Assembly: GCA_965218795.1 (NCBI GenBank)
Contig: OZ244653.1
Location: 1,600,001-1,664,000 of the forward strand
DNA length: 64,000 nucleotides
Direction: 5' to 3'
From: a bacterium
GTDB taxonomy: Bacteria > UBA8248 > JACPRG01 > G963555815
Below, one piece after another: positions 58,847 to 64,000 of the stretch. The position numbers and the translations under genes are program-made. Every line of letters begins with the position of its first letter. The first letter of the stretch is position 1. The notes beneath the pieces were generated by a model. The model saw nothing but the letters and a program-made list of their open reading frames with translations, ran no database searches and was not told the DNA's origin.

Positions 58847-60012
58847 GAGGTCGAGGCGGGCGGCAATCCGGACCCGGCTTTCGCGCGTTCGGCGGCAGCC
58901 ATGCCGAGCCGCAGAGCCAATTCGTTGACAACCTTCTCTTCACCTTCGGCCTGTTCGATGTCGGCGAGGAGCTTGTTGCAGAAGCGGCCCAGGATATAGC
59001 GGTCGTCATCGGGAATGTCGCCGGGGACCGAAATTCCGCTCCAGTCCACGCGGAAATGAAAGAAACTCCCCGAAAAACGCTCCTCCAGCCGTTGCGAGCA
59101 TTCCCACACTTCGAGGGAAGGAGCGCCCCGGAGGCGAACCCCGACCAGAGCGTCCGGAGAGGCGGCCCCCCGAATCTCGGTCAGCAGGCTTTCCGGGTCC
59201 GCGCATTGCGACAGGTCAACGTCCAGGATGCGAATCAAACGCCCCCCGGTCGTCTCGGGCTGGATCCGGACCTCGGTCCGCCCCTCCAGAATCTCCAATT
59301 CACCCGAAACATACGTCCGCTCCCCGGCTTCGCTCGGGTGCACCCGGAGGCCGACCGGAGAGCCGGGGTAGGCGGCGAGCGGACGCCCGCCCGTTTCCCT
59401 GAACCGGTGATAATGTCCGAGGGCCACATAATCGAACGGCAGGCGGGCGATCTCCTCCTCGCTGAACGGAGCTTCGACATAACCCTCGCCTATCACGTCC
59501 AACGACCCATGAAGGAGGAAGATCCGGGAACGCTGAGCAGGACTGTCATCGAAAGCAAGGTCTGCGATTGGACGCCTTTCAGGATGCTTCTCGTCATAGG
59601 CCGTTCCGAAGACGTCGACGGGCCGGTCGACCAGCGATACCTTTTGCAAAGCGGGACGGCTGAACACGTGGACGCCAACCGATTCCAGTTCCGTCCAGAC
59701 CCCGCCCGGGATGAAGCAATCGTGATTGCCGGGGATGGCGAACGCGCGGACGCCTGCTTCCTGCAGGCGGCGGAAGCCTTCGCGGGCCGCCTCACGATCG
59801 GCCGGCGGGGGGCATGGCGAATCGAACAGGTCTCCGGCGACGAGGAACAGGTCGATGGAATCCTGAACAGCCCGATCGACCATTTTCCGGAAGGCGCCCC
59901 GGATATCCCCGCGACGTTCCTCCGCCCGCGAGCCGAGGGAATCGAAGGGCCGCCCCAAATGCACGTCGGCCGTGTGCAAGAAAGAAATGGTTCGGGAGGG
60001 ATTGACGGCCAT
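58843..60012 (-). CDS. Mre11/SbcD-like metallophosphoesterase nuclease (YhaO-like)
   Basis: LHTADVHLG, AGDLFD, PGNHD, LHGS, YVALGHYH, YPGSP. Confidence 0.92.
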   Translation of the reverse strand: MAVNPSRTISFLHTADVHLGRPFDSLGSRAEERRGDIRGAFRKMVDRAVQDSIDLFLVAGDLFDSPCPPPADREAAREGFRRLQEAGVRAFAIPGNHDCFIPGGVWTELESVGVHVFSRPALQKVSLVDRPVDVFGTAYDEKHPERRPIADLAFDDSPAQRSRIFLLHGSLDVIGEGYVEAPFSEEEIARLPFDYVALGHYHRFRETGGRPLAAYPGSPVGLRVHPSEAGERTYVSGELEILEGRTEVRIQPETTGGRLIRILDVDLSQCADPESLLTEIRGAASPDALVGVRLRGAPSLEVWECSQRLEERFSGSFFHFRVDWSGISVPGDIPDDDRYILGRFCNKLLADIEQAEGEEKVVNELALRLGMAAAERAKAGSGLPPASTS

Positions 60013-60088
60013 CGGCAATCTCGAGTGAGGTAATCCAGGCTGTCATTGTACGTTGGCCGTTTTGGGGCAATCAAGGCGGGTCGGGGTA

Positions 60089-60240
60089 TGGATTCCCGCC
60101 TGCGCGGGAATGACCAGTCGGGAGGGTTGCGTGACGCTGTTTCGTCATTCCCGCGCAGGCGGGAATCCAGGAAAAGGACCACCCCGAACTACGTGCCCCC
60201 CAACCGGTCAGTCCTGCCCCCCATAGAAGCCTTCGGGGAG
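60089..60240. repeat. REP doublet plus cassette
   Basis: TGGATTCCCGCCTGCGCGGGAATGAC-linker-GTCATTCCCGCGCAGGCGGGAATCCAG, then CCTGCCCCCCATAGAAGCCTTCGGGG. Confidence 0.88.
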
Positions 60241-60391
60241 ATCGGGGGAACCTGAACATTCAGAGCAACGCGTCCCTTGACACGCCTGAACAATTGAAGG
60301 GTGAGGGGTACGTTATCACGGCCAAGCCAGAGGAAGACCAATCTACTTTAAAAATTTAAACGATCAGATATTTTAAATCGGAGTTATACCT

Positions 60392-60455
60392 TTGACGAAC
60401 CGGGCCACCATATGTAGATCACGCCAGCCGCACGGCTAACCACAAGATGTAGGGA
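60392..60455 (+). promoter_or_regulatory. Possible tandem NrdR-box-like operators overlapping a weak promoter
   Basis: CCACCATATGTAG (60405) and CCACAAGATGTAG (60440); TTGACG-17 bp-TAGATC. Confidence 0.35.
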
Positions 60456-60507
60456 GGGGCCGTTTAACTCCTTCCCCCGCCCTACGTGCGCAAACGGGGC
60501 GGCACTG

Positions 60508-61023
60508 TCAGGTGATTACCATCTCTGTACAAACCTTCCATTCGCCGCCATCATGAGACTTATCCGATAAACTCCAAAGCTTTTTGTCGACTGCACTACG
60601 CACATTGTCGGGAGCAAGAACGTATCCTTCAACATCAATCCCGCGCGGTTGAGGTTTTAAGAGAATTACGATCCATGGCTTTTTCTCTAATTCCAATAAT
60701 AACCGTCTGATGATTGCAGGAAATTGTTTCTTCGGGGCCGCTGAGAATTCAAACCCGCTACCATCTCGCTCTAAAGCCGCTCTGACAAACTCTCTTTCCG
60801 ATTTTGTGGTCTTAATCTCACCAAGGAAGCAGTCCAGATACTCCTTTCGAAGTCCCCAGAAACCTGCTTCATCACTGCAAACCTTAAGGTATACAGTCCC
60901 GTCAAACCCTGCTTCAACGCTGTAAAGTTGAGCAGGAGGCGAAAATTGCACAAGGGTAAGTCCCAACTCCTTCAATCCATCGACAAAGAACTTCCGCAGC
61001 TCATCCGCTTCCCGTTTCCCCAT
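60508..61023 (-). CDS. Hypothetical protein (AT-rich islet)
   Basis: GGAGAGG RBS, 171 codons, co-oriented with the HicBA-like pair. Confidence 0.6.
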   Translation of the reverse strand: MGKREADELRKFFVDGLKELGLTLVQFSPPAQLYSVEAGFDGTVYLKVCSDEAGFWGLRKEYLDCFLGEIKTTKSEREFVRAALERDGSGFEFSAAPKKQFPAIIRRLLLELEKKPWIVILLKPQPRGIDVEGYVLAPDNVRSAVDKKLWSLSDKSHDGGEWKVCTEMVIT

Positions 61024-61072
61024 GTCAACCTCTCCCTCGGAGTCCCTCGGAAACCGATGTCAGGGCCACAGT

Positions 61073-61321
61073 CTATCCCAAAATCTCAAGGTGCCTCCTG
61101 GCGCATTCCAAGTCGATTTCCAGTTGGTTGATCATGTGTTTAATGTGGCCTTTTTCAATCTCAGGATTGGCCTTCCCGTGCTCTCCTTTTGAGAAAAAAA
61201 CTGTTTTCCCGTTGTAAGAAACCCAAAGTTTATGTGTCTTGGCCTTGATTGAATAACCAGGGGCGCACTCATCAAGCATCTTACATATTTTTTTCAGACG
61301 AGTGCGCCCCGAAGTTCCCAT
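61073..61321 (-). CDS. HicA-like toxin (putative)
   Basis: 82 aa, basic, alpha-beta-beta-beta-alpha pattern, K.KTHK.WV.YNGK and H....EIEKGHIKHMINQL.I resemble HicA dsRBD-fold mRNases. Confidence 0.55.
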   Translation of the reverse strand: MGTSGRTRLKKICKMLDECAPGYSIKAKTHKLWVSYNGKTVFFSKGEHGKANPEIEKGHIKHMINQLEIDLECARRHLEILG

Positions 61322-61324
61322 AGT

Positions 61325-61798
61325 TTAGGCGGCGAGGGCCTGAGGTGCATCGATGAGGATGTTGTCTGCCGGGGTGAACTGCTCCACCTTTTTGACGGTG
61401 ACTTTCACTTCCGTTTCTTCTGCGGATTTTATGGGTAACCCTTCCTCGGTGTGCTTTTCTTCTCTCACTCGCTTGACGGCGTTCCACCATTCTTTTTCTG
61501 TTAGGTGAGAAATATCATGGAAGAAGGCTTCGACCAGCAACTTGAATTCGTTAAAATCTTTTGTTTCTGATGCAATATCGAAAAGAACGGCCTTATAGGT
61601 TTGCCTGAATTTGGCATAAGCCTCGCTTCCGTTTTCTCCGCCTTCTGCTATGCCTCCGGGCTGGACGCCGTTCATCCAGACCTCTCCTTCGTCGCGCACG
61701 GCCAATGCCCGGCCTTGAGCCTCGATGTCCGCCAAGAAACCGTTACCAGAAACCTTGTCTCTGAACGTAAACAGCAAGGGAAGCTTGTTCATTGCCAT
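61325..61798 (-). CDS. HicB-like antitoxin (putative)
   Basis: Acidic 157 aa with VQPGGIAEGGE...EAY..F segment resembling the HicB partial RNase H fold; ends 3 bp before the toxin. Confidence 0.5.
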   Translation of the reverse strand: MAMNKLPLLFTFRDKVSGNGFLADIEAQGRALAVRDEGEVWMNGVQPGGIAEGGENGSEAYAKFRQTYKAVLFDIASETKDFNEFKLLVEAFFHDISHLTEKEWWNAVKRVREEKHTEEGLPIKSAEETEVKVTVKKVEQFTPADNILIDAPQALAA

Positions 61799-62202
61799 GG
61801 CTTCTCTCCTTTTTACAAACCCGCCGAATGGAACGGCATATGGGTGAAGGCGTACTTCACCCTTTCGCGCTCTGTACAGCTAATATGGACATGTCAGGTA
61901 ATATATAATGTATGTTGAAGTCAGGAAGCGCGCCAAGGGGTTAAAACTTCCTTTCCTCAAAACCTCGTCCAGCCCCGAATAACCCGGCCGATCATCTTGA
62001 ACTGCTACGCCTCTTCCGACCCGCCCATATGCCAAAACAGGGTTGGGAATTCTTTCTTGTCAGCATTGTCGGATTCAACTAAGCAGATACCTTCATGGTC
62101 TGTCAATCGAATCTCGGGGTATCATGGCCCAAATCGAATGGCCCGGCATTCATCGGAATTCGGTATGTTTTCAAGACGGACATCCGATCGACGGCGTTGC
62201 CG

Positions 62203-62238
62203 CCCCTCTCCCCGTCCCTCTCCCGGTGGGAGAGGGTG
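62203..62238. repeat. CCCTCTCCC..GGGAGAGGG REP-like palindrome
   Basis: CCCCTCTCCCCGTCCCTCTCCCGGTGGGAGAGGG. Confidence 0.6.
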
Positions 62239-62276
62239 TTCATACTGGGCCCATCGGGGCAAGGGGGCAGGCGCGA

Positions 62277-63467
62277 ATGATCGACCGGAAGACAATCCTT
62301 CGCCTTCGCCGGCAACTCCCAATCTTCGAGCGCTACATCTGCATGAACTGGGCGCACAGCGGCCCTTCTCCCAGACCGGTGCTGCGCGCGGTTCAACGCG
62401 TCTTGGAAAATGAAGGCCGGCATGGGCCTTTTCACCCGAAAATCCAGGCTGAAAGGGATGTGATCCTTGGGCGCGCGCGCAAGCGGCTGGCGGAGATCAT
62501 CGGTGCGGGTGAGGATGAGATCACGCTCACCGCAAACACCACCAACGGAATCAATCTGGCCGCCCGTCTCCTGGAATGGAAGCGAGGGGATGAGGTCATC
62601 ATTTCCGACTCGGAGCATCCCGGGGGCTACCTCCCATGGTTCGCCCTCCGGGACCGTTACGGGATTCGGGTTCACCCGGTATCCATTGACGGGGACGACG
62701 AGCGATTTCTCGAGAGACTCGAAAGGACGCTCAATCCGAGGACCCGGATGATCTCCCTCAGTCACGTCGCCTGGCTGTCGGGATACCGATATCCCATCCG
62801 GAAGGTCTCGAAAGAGGCGAAGTCACGAAACATTCCCCTGCTGGTGGACGGGGCCCAGGCCGCCGGAGCGCTTCGTGTCAACGTCAAGAATCTCGGGTGC
62901 GATTTCTACACGATCTCCGGGCAGAAATGGCTGATGGGACCGCAGGGAACCGGCGGTCTCTACGTTCACCGCAGATTGCGCGAAGAGATGCCTCTGCCCG
63001 CCGCGGGTTCCGAATCCGCAGCGAGCAAAGACCTCGCCTCGGCGTCCTATGCGCTTCACCCCGACGGCCGCCGCTTTGAGACAGCTACCCGGGGGAACGC
63101 CCTCTACGCCGGCCTCGCCGTCGGGGCGGAGCAGGCATTGCGAATCGGCCTGCCGGACATTCAGGAGAGAATCCTTGCGTTGGCCGCGCGCCTTCTGACC
63201 CATGTCCAGGCCATTCCGGGCGTGGAGATCTTGAGCTACCGCCGGTCCGGGAAGCAACCCGCCCATTCGGGTCTGGTGACGATTCGAATCCCGGGACGAG
63301 CTTCCGGAGCCGTGGTCGAAGAACTGCTCCGCAGGTACCGTATTCTGGCGAGGGAGGTTCCGGCTCGCCCTTCGGCCGTGCGGTTCTCGCTCCATTACTT
63401 CAACACCGAGGAGGATGTGGCATTCGCCGCGGACGTCATCCGGAAAATCGGCAAAAGGAAAACCTGA
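62277..63467 (+). CDS. Class V PLP aminotransferase-fold enzyme (C-S lyase/isopenicillin N epimerase-like)
   Basis: NTTNGIN, SDSEHP, SHVAW.SG, VDGAQAAG, DFYTISGQKWLMGPQGTG, RFSLHYFNT. Confidence 0.9.
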   Translation: MIDRKTILRLRRQLPIFERYICMNWAHSGPSPRPVLRAVQRVLENEGRHGPFHPKIQAERDVILGRARKRLAEIIGAGEDEITLTANTTNGINLAARLLEWKRGDEVIISDSEHPGGYLPWFALRDRYGIRVHPVSIDGDDERFLERLERTLNPRTRMISLSHVAWLSGYRYPIRKVSKEAKSRNIPLLVDGAQAAGALRVNVKNLGCDFYTISGQKWLMGPQGTGGLYVHRRLREEMPLPAAGSESAASKDLASASYALHPDGRRFETATRGNALYAGLAVGAEQALRIGLPDIQERILALAARLLTHVQAIPGVEILSYRRSGKQPAHSGLVTIRIPGRASGAVVEELLRRYRILAREVPARPSAVRFSLHYFNTEEDVAFAADVIRKIGKRKT

Positions 63468-63613
63468 ATGGCGCGGGGCGTTCTTCCCTCGCAAGACGCT
63501 GCCGGAAAATCAAACGGACTCGCCGCGACTGCCCCGATGCCGGGGGCTCGAAGACGGACGACGTGCGAGCGGCTCCTTCCGAACGTCCGATGAACGCTCT
63601 TGCCGGAGAAGAC

Positions 63614-64000
63614 ATGATCGACCGAAAAAAGATCCTGCGAATACGGCGTCAGATGCCCATCATGGAACGGTTCGTTTGCATGAACTGGGGCCACAGCGGA
63701 CCCTCCCCCCGCCCGGTCCTGAGGTCCGTGCAGGAAATCCTGGAACGCGAAGCCCGGCTGGGGCCCTTCCACCCGAAGGTGACCGAACGACGCGACGCCG
63801 TCTTTTCCCGCGCGCGAGACCTTTTGGGCCGAGTCATCGGCGCTCGGCCGGAGGAGATGGCGCTGACGGCCAACGCCACCGCTGGAATCAACCTCATCGC
63901 CCGGTCGCTCGACTGGCATCGGGGCGATGAGGTCATCATCTCCAACGCGGAGCACCCGGGCGGTTTCATGCCTTGGTTCATCCTGCGGGACCGGTGCGGT
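63614..64000 (+). CDS. Second class V aminotransferase paralog (partial, runs off the window)
   Basis: MIDRKKILRIRRQMPIMERFVCMNWGHSGPSPRPVL aligns residue for residue with the upstream gene. Confidence 0.9.
   Translation, partial: MIDRKKILRIRRQMPIMERFVCMNWGHSGPSPRPVLRSVQEILEREARLGPFHPKVTERRDAVFSRARDLLGRVIGARPEEMALTANATAGINLIARSLDWHRGDEVIISNAEHPGGFMPWFILRDRCG

Noticed and set aside
60330-60420. oriC
   Set aside because: AT-rich, but no TTATCCACA-type DnaA box cluster and no dnaA/parAB context.

Overview
High-GC bacterial chromosome segment, probably from an uncultured lineage (taxon not determinable from sequence alone). It has four zones. (1) About 2.3-31.3 kb is a dense heterocycle/amide catabolism region: FAD monooxygenase, two NMT1/THI5-type binding proteins, ThDP enzyme, SDR, hydrolases, cupin, two luciferase-like (LLM) enzymes, CocE hydrolase, creatininase-family protein, ABC transporter, FAD oxidoreductase, a lone Mo-hydroxylase large subunit, DUF1445, ADP-forming acyl-CoA ligase, hydantoinase/oxoprolinase A+B and DUF6282. 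It includes unannotated remnants of a Rieske oxygenase and an SDR on either side of an intact LLM monooxygenase. (2) About 31.3-43 kb is a decayed, nested defence/mobile island at the trmB 3' end: truncated SNF2 helicase, sacsin-like GHKL-DUF3883 protein, HNH-like remnant, IS3 element, frameshifted DUF4209 gene, and a tyrosine integrase cut at its LRWE motif by an att-like end. (3) About 43-52.7 kb holds trmB, a sigma-70 factor, ferritin-like protein, amidohydrolase-UbiD pair, an IS407-group IS3 element and an IS-truncated small-protein/GHKL-ATPase module. (4) About 52.7-64 kb holds sbcD-sbcC(YhaO/YhaN-like)-comB-nadK-recN, an AT-rich HicB/HicA-like islet and tandem class V aminotransferases. 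A family of ATTCC..GGAAT REP/BIME-like palindromes with nested cassettes recurs in five intergenic regions. No tRNA, rRNA or CRISPR array was seen. All product calls are from motif recognition by eye; no database search was run.
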